Shown: positions 25,892 through 38,809 of the stretch, piece after piece
Numbering within the stretch: the stretch's first letter is position 1
Layout: every line of letters begins with the position of its first letter
Origin: Auanema rhodensis
Taxonomy: Eukaryota; Animalia; Nematoda
Direction: 5' to 3'
DNA length: 64,000 nt
Assembly: GCA_964057225.1 (NCBI GenBank)
Contig: OZ059895.1
Location: forward strand, 8,742,001-8,806,000
The notes under the pieces: model-generated
Database searches by the model: none
Told to the model about the DNA's origin: nothing
What the model saw: only the letters and a program-made list of their open reading frames with translations
Program-made: the position numbers and the translations under genes

Positions 25892-28800
25892 ATGAAGGAG
25901 GAAGCGGCGGGGCGCGATGCCTCTTCGGCAGCCGCTGCCACGACAAGACCTAAGCTGCCTGGTGCCTGGTACTACGAAGAAGGCATGTTCCGAGGAGAAG
26001 ATTCATCATCACCAACTAGTGAAGCTGATGGTAAGTTTTACAGTCCTTAATAACCCTTTCTTTTCCAACCTTAGTTTTTTGAGCTACTTTTAAATTTTAC
26101 TTCTCTTTAAAAGTTATGCTGACAACTAAAAGCTGTTTCACTTGTCGTCTTCATTGATCTCGCACATCGTAAATAACCTATTGTGCTTATTTTCAATTTG
26201 CGTCGTCATTTTCATCTTTTCAATCATTTTTTATTTGTTTGATTATTAGAGCATCACAATTTTATTATCACTACGGTGAATCATAATCATGATTTATAAA
26301 CGAAAATCTATTATTTGTGCCTTGTTTTGAGCAACTGTTTATAATTTTTTTTATAATTAAGTTATTTCCATTTCAGAAATATATTTAGCACAACTCCTGT
26401 GTGCTGCCCGCAATGTCTCAGAAAATGTGGAAGTGCCAAGTAGTGAACATGTAGCAGAGATTGTTGGTAGACAAGGTTGGTTTTCATCTTAACTCAATTT
26501 ACTTCTCCTACTTTTGTATTGCATTACTCCTTCCATTATTCGCGACCCTTACCGACACCTGGTTACTGTATGCGGCTGGAATATAATTGGCGAATAATTT
26601 GTCAACGGGAAGTAACATCGTTGTGGTTCGATGAGCATCATCTACCATTCCCAGACTGTCGCTATGTAACTAACATCGCATATTTTGGCATCACAATAGG
26701 CGATTTTATTAAATTCTATAAGCATAGGGTGTACCAGTCTAACATTCAAAGGGAATGCTCAGATTTGGTTTTTTGAAGCTAAAAATGGTTTCGACAAATG
26801 AATTCAAGGACCTCTCTCACTTCATATTTCATATTTAACGAATCCAAGTCCATTCCTTAATAATGATAAGAAAAAGAGACATTGTTCTGAATTATAAAAT
26901 TCACCAAGTTATCCTCCGATCTAAATTACGATGTTTGTCTGAATTCGGCAGATCAGGCTACCGAAAGGCCGAGCTGTGGTAGACTAGAAATAAGAGCGCA
27001 AACTGCTCTCTGTCTCTGCCCTCGTTTACATCTGCACTAGCTGTCTGGGGTCTGCAAACATCCGTCGACGATCTATGGCCTGATGAAGGGATGCATTGTG
27101 TATCGTCCGTGACGACGTCGTTGGCAGCGTAGGACCTTCGAACTGTAGATTCGTATTATAAGCGAACATAAATTTTGAGAAAAAGGCAGTTACGAAGTGC
27201 GCCAGTAAGATGACTATTTTGCGCACCAGATCTAAAGTAGGCAAAATGTTACAAAATATTGCCTTTTTTATAATTGTCGTGTGGCTTGAGATTTTTACAT
27301 GCTGTTTCTATGCAGTTCCCAAGAAAATTGTATCTCTAATTAAGACACATTTGGTGAATTAGATGTTCTTTGAATAATTGATTAGACTGAAAGCAGCAGC
27401 AGCAGTTTGGTCAGCACACACAGCATGACATGAAGAAGATTATATCTTAGTAGACTGGGATGGGGTCAGAGTAATTAGCATGTCATGAGCTATTGTTGAA
27501 TGGCTAATTATTCTGTGTTGTAGATCATGAAAAAAAGATTCAACTGTCCCCTCTACATCATTCTATCCAGTCGAGAACAAAGGAAGTCAAGTAGATTGAT
27601 ACTCAGCCATTGGTTCTTGATGGTTTATGGTGGCGTTGTTTGAGATATTTTCCTATTCGGAAAATGCCCAGATGCTCTTTTCACTTATTCTGTTTTTCCT
27701 TTGTATTAACGAAATTTTGCATTCTTCTTCAGGAAAATTTTGTCACAGGAGCTTGAATGATATAACCTTCAGTTTCGAGATTGCCACTTGTTTTCGACTA
27801 CTGTTGTGTTGTGCTGCAACACTCCTGGTGTGCGATTAGTGTTGTGCTGATTATAGGCCATTACCGTTACCATTGCATTCATCCATCTGAGTGACTTGTA
27901 ACGAAGATCCAGTAGAGCCTGTGATGACAGAAGAGATCTGTCGGAGAGCAGCTGAACATGAGGACTATCACGGGGACAGCTGGACAATTCTATTCCTTTT
28001 GGTTGTTTTATGTGGGTCGACAGATGGTGCCATTCTCAACACACTTCAGCAACGTCCACACCCCAGAAGTCGAGGGAGTCATTTTTCCGCTCTTAGGTCG
28101 CAGACTTGTGATTCATAATGTGCAGGGGAACATTCTAGTTCTTTTTACTCACATTTCTATTCATCCAAAGGGGAGAGTGCTTGCATTTTGAGCCCAACTG
28201 AAATGTTACAAAACGACATTCAATCATGAGAGCCAATTTTGATATTTCTTTTTATTTGATAACCCTATTATCGATGTTTGTTTGATAATATTTTATCCTC
28301 TTTTCTTTCGAACGGATGTGGTGTAGTATTTAAGTAATACTTAGCTGCTAGCAACCATCACGGATAGCCAGATGGCGTATAATCTAGTAAACTGAGCGGG
28401 AATGGATTCAAGCATTCTCTTGTTCTCTGTATCTCTTATATGCAAGTCATATATATTGTAAAACCTTTAGCTTCTCACTTCTGTTAACAAGTCATTGCAT
28501 CTTAGTTAATTGTATCTGTTATTGATGTCGCTCAACAGGTGCGCTTACGGATTACCATGTGCTAGTTGATCAGTGTAGCAAGCTGTGAGAAGGGAATAGG
28601 ATTGGCTACCTACCATCTCTTGCTGATTTGGCAGGGGATTAAATCGTTGACAGCCCTCACCCGGTGGCATAGGCGGTCGATGATTCTTCCATGTTTGTAT
28701 GAGTCTGTGTATACTGCATATTATTCTTACTTTTCCCTATATCTTCATACTGTGTCTGTCTTGGCTTATTGTTTAGTCAGCTGCAAATAAATTAAAGGGA

Positions 28801-30225
28801 AATACTTATTCATTGATCTATACTCATACACGAGAGAATTTGTCTGTAATCTACTTAAATCAATTTGCAATCTTTTTAACTTTATTATTTCTTAATTATT
28901 TCATAATTTATATTAGTTTATTTTTTGTTTCAGGTTGTAAGATCAAAGCTCTCAGAGCTAAAACAAATACATACATCAAAACTCCTGTACGAGGAGAGGA
29001 ACCGGTGTTTGTTGTCACGGGAAAGCCTGAAGACGTTATGGAAGCTAAAAGAGAAATTGAATGTGCTGCTGAGCATTTTACACAAATCCGTGCAAGTCGA
29101 CGTCATTCTCAGGGTATGTTATTTTTACGCTGAATTATTAAAAATTCTATCATTATTAGGAGGAGCACCTGCTCCAGGACACGTCACTGCCTATGTACGC
29201 GTACCACTCAGAGTCGTTGGCCTCGTTGTAGGACCAAAGGGTGCCACTATCAAGCGTATTCAACAGGATACTCATACATATATCATCACACCCAGTAGAG
29301 AACGAGAGCCAATTTTTGAGGTTACTGGACTTCCACAAAATGTTGAAGCCGCAAGAAAGGAGATTGAGCAACATATCTACCAGAGAACTGGGAATATGCC
29401 TATTACAGACCCATCAGCTCCAATCAGTCAATACACATCGGAATTCCACGTTAGTATTTTTATTAAAAAAAAAAAAACGCTCCGAACGTTTGCATTCCTT
29501 TTTATTTTAATCTTTATTTGTTTCAGAGCACAGCATCACTTACAACAACAGCAAATACAGCGACAAGATCATCTTATGGAAGTTTGGCAACTGCCTCTGC
29601 TGCTCCTGGTAGTGCTCCTCGCCGACCGAACAACTTTGAAGGATTCAATGATTTTCAACAGCGTCCATCGCCACTTTCAGAGTCATACCAATTCAATGGA
29701 TTGAGCAATATCGTAATGCTGTGATAATTAATAATTTTAAATATATATTCGTTTAAGATCCGTGGTTATCCTAACTCTAAGATTTACTCTTGTAGTTCTC
29801 CAACTCCCCCTTCCTTGTTCGCTCAGTGCGCTCAGTCAGGGAACAGTATGCCATTTCAACCATGGTCTACTAATACCTACTCTGGGTTAGGTATCAGTGA
29901 ACAGTCTCAAAATCAAGGTATATTTCGAATATGTTTCATATTTTTCTAATTTTTTTTTAAGATGTGTTCTACGGGCGTTCTAATATTTTAAATGGGGCTT
30001 CTGCTTGGTCTTCTGCCTTCAGCTCTGTGTCTTGTAGTTTAAATGAACATCGGGATGAAGGATTAGGAGATTCTCCTGCCAGCGGGTTTGTTGCTTTTAT
30101 CAATCTGATACTTTACGTTTATTTTCAGTACTGAAAATCCATACCGTCTTATGTCATCAATCTGGGCTGATATCGAACCACGAGATGAAAATAAGCAAGT
30201 GGTTCCCCCAGTGTTGACTGCTTAA
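25892..30225 (+). CDS. mex-3: MEX-3 KH-domain RNA-binding protein (2 KH domains, no RING)
   Basis: Exons 25892-26030, 26377-26475, 28934-29113, 29160-29449, 29527-29712, 29758-29917, 29962-~30085, 30129-30225. Translation includes [105 protein letters not shown] and LMSSIW, closely matching C. elegans MEX-3. Confidence 0.97.
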
Positions 30226-30960
30226 GTTTTAAATCACTTCACCATTGATGGTACGACGATTATAATCCAAGCATCCCTTTTATTGTGTTGTGTTATGTTG
30301 TTGCCAGGCGCATACTTCACATTTCATCCTAAAGTAGTTTCCTATGCCAGAAATTTATGCTTGTGCTGTCGTGATTGTCCTGGTTTTGTTGACGTGTATT
30401 CTTGAGGGTCAAAGTAGTATTACCCAATTTATTAGTAATTACGAGTAGTGGCGCTAGTCTCGTAGCTCTTTTTTCTAGGGGGGACGACTAGGCCCGCATC
30501 TGTCTCTTTTTCTTTTTTCTATTTTCTTTATCACCTACGAACCTCACTGAAATCTTCTCCGCATATTTCTTAACTTTTCTGTATCTTTTTCCTTTTTTCT
30601 AACCAATTTGAGACCCAAAACTTGCATTTTATAAACAGATTAATTTTTGAGATGAATTAACCAGAGCTGTATTTAGATGAGTGTTTTATGCAGACGAGTT
30701 TTCTGTGCTATCATTCCATTTCTAAGAGTTTCTAATGAGAGTATTTGGTGGGCGGTTTTGCTAACCAATCACCTTAGAAGCAGTGTTTGATTTTCTCTCT
30801 ATGTCCTCTTAATTTTTCTTAATATGCCTCTATATCAGTTAGGACATACTTGTACACAAATACCTCCATCGCGCTTATGCTGCACTTAAATTTTTATCCT
30901 CTGCTGCCCGCTGAATATTAACTCACCATATATACTTCTATGAACATTTCTATCGATAAC

Positions 30961-31041
30961 TATATATATATATATATATTATATATGTATTAGTATATAT
31001 ATCTATATATCTATATATATATATATAAATATGTGTGTGTG
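30961..31041. repeat. (TA)n/(TG)n compound microsatellite
   Basis: Interrupted TA runs followed by TGTGTGTGTG, downstream of the mex-3 stop codon. Confidence 0.85.
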
Positions 31042-32093
31042 TAAGATTCTCTGGATATTGCTTTATGAGATATTCTATTTATCCATATGTGAACTATATC
31101 CTTAGTATCTACAGTTTAACATATTAATTCCGCATATTTTGTATATTTATTTTTAATTTTCACATATTATCCGACTTACATTATCACAAATTTCTGTAGT
31201 AACCTCTAAATGATCTTCCATATCTATATATTTTTGCACTATGCATTTGTGACATTCGTGTAACACATAAATCGTAGAATATGGTCGTTGTTGTGTTTCT
31301 TAGTTTATAGTGTTTAAGTGACTTATTCACTTATATGCTTTTTATTGTTTGAAATGAGTATTGTGCTTGTTAGTAGATGTTATGCAACAAGTATAGTTTT
31401 ATGATTATTTGCTACCAACTGAAAGGAAAAATTTTTAGGAGCAGCCTGTACAACTGACAATCAATCATTCTACATATATCGGGATTCCTGATAGCCTTCA
31501 GATAATTATTTTCCGAATTCTATTACAATTAGTATAACAATTAGTCAAATTTATTATGATTATTATATCTTTTGTGTGACTGGGCAAGTATTTTTAAAAA
31601 TTATCTTGACTCTTTAAAGAGAAGAAGAAGCCGATTTTCTATGCATATCTTCTCTTTTTACAAGCACTATCTTTATGATGGTTCAATCTCGGAGGAAATG
31701 TTTTTTTTTTAATTTTTAATTATCAACTTAGCAATTGATAATAATTCAGTTGAGAAATCACAGAATCTTTATCTTTTCTATTTTGTCTGTTATTTCTGTT
31801 GTTATGAATTTGGGTTTATCTTATCATCATTCTTTTTTATATTTATGATTTTTCTCTCTATCTCAGCCACTTAAAATATCAATATCATGCTGGCCATATG
31901 CAGAAGCTCACTCAAAATGAGAGAGTTCATTATATGTTTGTTTTTTCTTCATATTATCTTCTGCATATGTATTTATATCACCATCGCGACCAGAAATTTG
32001 CTTTACTTCGCTAATTTGTTGCATAATTATTCTTTTGGAATCTAGACCAACAATCATTTACAGGGAGGAGTAAGGGAGAGAGAGAGTACATTT

Positions 32094-32096
<3 letters not shown>

Positions 32097-32125
<29 letters not shown>
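32097..32125. repeat. (GA)n microsatellite
   Basis: About 14 perfect AG units. Confidence 0.9.
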
Positions 32126-32129
<4 letters not shown>

Positions 32130-32793
32130 GAAATTTCAACAAGAAATCTAGGTTTTTATCTTATATAAGTATGTTGAAAATTATTGTCTTCGACAGACAA
32201 ATATAGTATACGGCTTCTACATTCTATGGTATATCGTCCTCTGCTCGAACTTCTATCTACCTCCTAATTCTCGCCACCAACTGTGGTGAAACACGCGGGA
32301 TTTATTCGTCCATTACTTATTGATGTTCATTATGAAGTTTATTTCAAATTAATTCACTAACTTCTGAAATTCCTGTTTATTTATGAAAAATGAACACAGA
32401 AACTTTGATCTAGTAGTATCTCTGATCTGTTCATCGCTTCTCCTATTTCGCTTCGTCTTCGCAATACTAACTGGTATATATGATGCCAACCATGCATTGT
32501 CAGATTTCAATCTCCCGTTCAAATATCGGTACTTCGTTCTGTTCTGTTTTTGGGAATTGTTTTTGAAAATGTTTTGTTTTTATTATGTTTTTAAGAAAAG
32601 ATCTAAACCAAATTTCGTAAATACACATTTATCCAGCTTTATCAATCTATAGACCTTAAACCTATGTCACTCATGATTGCCTACCTATATAAGTGAACAT
32701 GTATCAAGTTTAATCAGATATTTAACTCATATTATATTATATACATCTTCTATTGTAGAGCACCTTTTACAGTTCTAATGTTTGTTGTTATAT

Positions 32794-32813
32794 AATAAAA
32801 TTTATGATTTATT
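32794..32813. terminator. Closely spaced convergent polyadenylation signals (mex-3 + strand / dhod-1 - strand)
   Basis: AATAAA at 32794-32799 (+) and TTTATT at 32808-32813 (AATAAA on -); the latter is ~110 nt after the dhod-1 stop. Confidence 0.45.
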
Positions 32814-32921
32814 CAAACGTTATGTTCACAACAGTTCAAATTCATAATATAAAAACAAGATATCACAAGACTAGACCCATAAAAAATATGGAAATTCGTC
32901 ATGAAATCTCCAAGGCAATAA

Positions 32922-34436
32922 TTAGCGATGATCTGCTCCAACAGCTTCGGATATGTTATTGAATCCATCTTTTTTCAAACACTCAACTAACTCGCGTTTC
33001 ACCTGAATGAGTGATTCAAATAAACATTCTATACAACTTATGGTTACCTTTCCAATAACAGGAAAACCTTGATAAACTAGAGCTGAATAAAGTTGTACAA
33101 GGGAAGCTCCAGCTCTAATTTTCTCATAAGCGTCTTCTCCTGAAGCAATTCCTCCACAACCGACAATAGCTACTTTCCCTTTCGTTAATCTTAAAATTAA
33201 ATTTGTAGGATTCGAGGGGACCGAACAATGCTTACTTATACATTCGACGAACACACTCCGTACTGATTTCCTTTACAGGTTTACCACTTAAACCTCCACT
33301 TTGCTCTTTGTTCGAGCTTTGAAGTGTTTCAGGACGAGATATCGTGGTATTTGAGACAATTAAGCCATCAACCCCATACTTAGGATCAAGAACGACTCCC
33401 GCGATATCCTGCATTTCGGATTCAACAAGATCCGGAGCAATCTTGAGAAGGATTTTTGGAGGCTTCTCTAACTTCATAAGATCAACCGCTTTTTTAACAT
33501 AAGCCATAAGCTAAAAATCAAATAGCAGGAAAGTTTGAAAATATTTGCTAACCTTTTGTAAATCTGCCTTTTTTTGCATTGATCTTAAACCTGGAGTGTT
33601 CGGTGAAGATATATTCACAACTAAATAATCAGCATATGGAGCAAAATAATTAACACCAATTTCATAATCAAGCCTATAAGTGAGAAACCTAATACGCATT
33701 TAAATTTAATATATTGACTGTCTTACTTTGCATCTTCAGTCATCTTATTTTTACCCAAATTCACACCGAAAATCGCGAAATCATTTCCCCAATTTGCTCG
33801 GGCGTTCTGAACGAAACATATATTCACCTTGCTTTCCAAAAATACTGACTTTAACTCTTTGATGTACTTTACCCACACCTTCACTATTAAAACCATAGCG
33901 ATTAATAACTCCTTCATCTTCTAGAAGGCGGAAGACACGAGGTCTCGGATTTCCTTGTTGAGGTATCGGTGTTACAGAACCTTTAATTCATCATTTACCA
34001 AAATGAAGTAGTCTATTTCGTCTTACCAACTTCTACTAAACCAAAACCTGATTGAGAAGATAAAGGAACTATTGCTTCTCCATCTTTATCGAAACCAGCA
34101 GCAATTCCTACAGGATTCTTGAATTTGAAACCGAGAACTTCAGTATTTAGCTCGGCATATTCCCGATGATTCCATCCAAACTTAGGAAGAAGTCCCATTG
34201 AACAAGCTTTTACCGCCCATCTATGTGATTTTTCCCCATCTACATATTTATGAATTACAGGCATGACCTAAATAACCTTGAATTATATATTGCGGATACT
34301 TTATGCATCTAACCCCTTTGCTGTAAAAGTTTTCCGATCCCCATAGCAACTCAGTAGCTCCGTAACTCAACAGTCCACCAGATACAATAATCACTGTGGA
34401 TTTTGTGATGTACCCAACTGGCAACTTTCCATACAT
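32922..34436 (-). CDS. dhod-1: Mitochondrial dihydroorotate dehydrogenase (class 2)
   Basis: N-terminal TM anchor, [118 protein letters not shown], and C-terminus EAVGADHR*. Confidence 0.97.
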
Positions 34437-35074
34437 TCTTCAAGTTTACCCAGATATGCAGAAAACTAAATAAGATGCATGAAAAAAGATTCTATCCAAT
34501 TGTGACTACTTCACTAGAATTAAATTCTGAGACTTCGGTATCCCCGTTTTCAAAATGAAAAACCACTCGAACGATGGGTTGAATAGAAGAAACAGAAGAG
34601 GCTGTGCTACAGCTAGCCTAAAATCAAAATATTGTTTAATATCAACAAGTTAGTATAGCTTACCTTCACAATCCAATCAAAAGTTTTCAATTTCCGTTGT
34701 CCACTTGATGTAATATCTGAAGCTAGCATAAAACTGAAAAAAGCAGTTAAATTATAAGCTTTATATGTGTTTAATATAATGAAGATACAACAAAGAACGT
34801 GATAAAAAAAACAAAAATATCACTTTAACGATGAAAGAAAATAATGGCAGCTAGGACTTCAACATATTTTGAAAAGTACACTAAATCTCGATAGAAACTA
34901 TAAGACAATTCCCTTTATTCTTAATTTTTCTAATATTTCCTATATAAATAATATAACTAGTTTCATTAATAATAAAGTTAGACAAGAGTCATGCATGCTG
35001 TTTACGAACTGTTTTTCGTCCAATGCTACACTTCTTCTCTAGCGAGAAGCTGCGGATGATGCTTATATTAAACA

Positions 35075-36906
35075 ATGTCTGTTATTCGTCGAACTGAAAA
35101 CCATGAAGTGAATACAAGTGATGAGGAAATTATTTTTGATGATGAGAGGCAGAACATCAGGACAAATACTCGCTCTAGAAGAAATTTGGCTAGCTTCTGG
35201 TAAGTAGAAGTAAATAGTTAGAATAAATTTCAATATATATATATTGTTAGGATATTGGGACTATGTAATAATTTTGCTTATGTCATAATGCTTAGTGCTG
35301 CCAAAGATATCCTCGAGAACAAACATGAGCCCACTATAAATGAAACAATTAGTTGTCGAGTTCGTATACTTAACCTAAACATTTTTCATCCCATGCTTTA
35401 AGGAAACAATTGTAGATAGATCATGTCACGAATTATCTACTGGATCGGTTTTGCTGGCCGATATTATTCCATCTCTTTTAATCAAAACGACTGCTCCATT
35501 TTTTATACATAAGATTCCTTTTGAGTTTGTTCTGTGTCATTCATTGCTTTCTATCAAACAGTTTAAGCTTACGTCATCTTCTCACTGTTATTTTACAAGG
35601 TTCAAGTTTTTTCCTTGTGGCTACCAGCAACTCTGTAGCAGAAGCTTTATTGGGTATTTTTTATATATGTCATCAACCGTAACAATATCAATACAGGTGT
35701 GATATTTGCTAGTTTTGGTTCAGGGTTAGGAGAAATTTCTTACCTAAGTTTGGCAGCTCATTTTCCCGGGTTTCACGGGTATAATTTAACCTTATCTTAA
35801 TTATTTTATTCAGGAATGTAGTTGCTGCCTGGTCTTCCGGAACAGGAGGATCTGGAATTTTCGGAGCTTTGATATACGCTATTTTAACTGATAGGTCAAT
35901 GTTATCATTATCTCCTAAAACAACATTACTTTCTATGTTAATTGTTCCCATAGTTTTCAGTTATACGTAAGTTTTCTACTTTCTGTATTTTATTATATTT
36001 CTTTATATAAGATTTTGGTTTATTTTGAAAATACCTAATACAGTCCACCGAGTAAGAGCTTTCGATTTGAGTTCCTATTTAATTCGAGAAGGTATTGATG
36101 ATTTATTAGCTGTTGAATGTTTCAAATTTATTTCAGGAAGAAGAAGTCGAGTAAGTGCTGGAAGTACTGATGATGAGCCTTTGCTTGAAAGTTAGTTTTT
36201 TCTTTTTTCAAGCAAATTATGAAGTATTTCAGATGCTTCTAATGGTCAACAACGACATGATAAAACAATTGTGAAATCTCTTCTGAAATACATTATACCA
36301 CTAGTTTTGGTTTATTTTGGAGAATATTTCATAAATCAGGGATTGGTCAGTTTTTCAAAACTATTTTCTTTATAAACTCTAGTATAGGTTGAATTACTTG
36401 AATTTGACTGTTCTGATGGATTTTCTATGGATGTAGCTAGCCAATATAGATGGTATCAAGTTTTATATCAACTGGGGGTTTTCATTTCGCGCTCATCCAC
36501 AATACTTTTCACAATACCAACATCCTACTTTCCCATTCTTGCGGCATTACAAGTTTGAAAACAAATTTTTCAATCCAATTTACTTTTATTTTCAGATTTT
36601 AAATGCTATCTTTTTCTACTTCGAAGCTATATATTATTTTGTCCCACACATTTTAGTGATATTTTTAATAATCATATTTGAGGGATTATTAGGTGGTTCC
36701 GCATATGTAAATACTTTTAACTCTATTCATCGCGAGGTAAATATCTGTTCAAATTAAAACATCATATGCTAAGCTTTCAGGTACCAAATGAATATAAAGA
36801 ATTTAGCATGGGGTTTGTATCAATATCAGATTCATTTGGAATAGTGCTAGCTGGTTTTCTGGCTATTCCAATTCATAACTATATATGCTCATTGCCGTTA
36901 ACATAG
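35075..36906 (+). CDS. cln-3: Battenin/CLN3 family lysosomal membrane protein
   Basis: RNLASFW|[111 protein letters not shown], and C-terminus [11 protein letters not shown]. Confidence 0.95.
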
Positions 36907-37222
36907 GATTGGGAATTTTAAAAGTTTTATTTTCAATTTTGGAATATTTCGGATATATGCATATATATCTTAGAGATTATTTTATTAAATTTTTTTTCAT
37001 CACTTTTATTGTACGATCTAGTATAGTTGAACTTCAAACTCAGCAGCAAATTCTGATTATGCATATGAAAAATAGAATTTCTGTAACGTTTTACGAAAGA
37101 GAATCAAATTAATTTAGAGTTAACAGTATCTATATACAATAATAGAATATGCTCAGAAAAGCATTATTTGAACATGTAATGAGGTAACCAATTTCATCAG
37201 GAAGTATGAATTCCGTAGGTTA

Positions 37223-38563
37223 TTATGACACAAACTTATTAGCGTAAGTACGAGCTTCATCTAGCACATTTCCAGGTAATTTACTTCTTTTCATCACCAG
37301 CATTTCCATATTATACATGATTTCGCCGATTGATTTAGCAGATTCCTAAATGATTGTATAATTCGATATATAATTAAAATATTATTAAACCTCAGTAACC
37401 ATATCATTAAATGGCTCCACCTCACCATCATGATACATACAACCACTTTGAAGTCCTTCACTTGCTGCAGTACTAGCCATTACCAAAGATCGGGTTCCCT
37501 ACAAAAACAATTTAGATTATGTTATGAAAATGAACAATATACATCTTGCAAGCTTTTAGAAACAAGCCAAATAACAGGAGAGGCAGCTTTACGAAGTAGC
37601 CAGTGAGTTTCTCGTCCAAGTTCTGTACCTCTAACAAAGCCTGGTCGAATGCAAACAACTGTGATATTAGAATTAGAGTTACGAAGCTTTCTAAAGAAAA
37701 TTTTTTATCAATAACATAAATATATTTCGTCACTTACTTTGCTAAATCAGAAGTGTATAAGTTGAGTGCTAATTTACTGAATGCATAAGCAAATTTACTG
37801 TCATAATCCCAGTTATCTTCGCCCATTAATTGTTTCATTGAAGGTATGTGATCAGCCTTGAATATTTTATTTCTTAAATTAAAATAATAATAGTAAACGT
37901 ACTGATTTATATAATCCGGAAGATACTAAGAGTATGCGACCGTTTTTTTTTTCCATGTGATCCAACAAATTGTTGATTAGAACGTAATGACCAAAGATAT
38001 TTGTAGCAAAATGACTTTCAATTCCATCAGAAGATAACTAAGCTATATTCATCTACATCTTCAAGCCTTCGAACAATTACCTCAAATGCTTTCCCCATTA
38101 CTCCAGCGTTGCAGATTAAAACATCAATATTCTGAAAATGTTCTCGCACTTCTCTACAGAATTCCAATATGCTGTTATAAAACATTAGATCTAACTGAAA
38201 ATAATTTAGATTCAATATGATCTAACAACTTATTATACCGAGAACATATGTACTTCTCCGGTACAATCTGACATTGATTGCAACTCTTCAACAGCAGCTC
38301 GCCCTCGAACTTCATCTCGGCAAGTAACAATGATAGTTGCCCCTAATTGGCGAAGATCTTTGGCTGTTTGTAGCCCTTAAGATTATTTAAGAGTTAATTA
38401 ATTTTGAATATTTTCTGAGTTTTTCGTGTTGTTCGTCAAAAAATGTTTATTTAATTTATTCTAATTTAAGGATATTTGTTTATGTTTGTGTCTCACCTAT
38501 ACCCGATGTTGATCCAGTTATGATAACAACTTTTCCTTCCATTGATGAACCAGAGCTTTCCAT
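37223..38563 (-). CDS. dhs-1: Short-chain dehydrogenase/reductase (RDH11-14/WWOX-like), probable dhs-1 orthologue
   Basis: GKVVIITGSTSGIG (TGxxxGIG), IDVLICNAGVM, GIESHFATNIFGH, catalytic YAFSK (YxxxK), IRPGFVRGTELGR. The symbol rests on family plus synteny with dnj-4 and cln-3. Confidence 0.85.
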
Positions 38564-38736
38564 CTGGATAAGAACTTAATAAGAATTAAGAAATATAATT
38601 TAAGGTATTTCATTGAATAAAACATTTTGATAAATAATAGAAACATATTTCTTCATTAATTAATATTTGTTCAAAGATACTGAACATTAAACCCGTTAAT
38701 ACAGACTAAGATGGAGAAACCGTATATTGTTAATCA

Positions 38737-38749
38737 TTTCCCGCCAAAA
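38737..38749. promoter_or_regulatory. Canonical E2F site between dnj-4 and dhs-1
   Basis: TTTCCCGCCAAAA (reverse TTTTGGCGGGAAA), ~175 nt upstream of the dhs-1 ATG. Confidence 0.4.
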
Positions 38750-38809
38750 TAATATTTTTACACTATATAACAAGTTCTACTCTAGCTCATTTATGCCAAA
38801 TTTTAATTC

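Noticed and set aside
27891-28118. 75-aa ORF with a short hydrophobic stretch within a mex-3 intron
   Set aside because: No compatible splice sites, and insertion would split KH1.
36886-36906. CLN3 C-terminal CAAX prenylation motif
   Set aside because: The protein ends CSLPLT, so Cys is sixth from the end and this is not a CAAX box.
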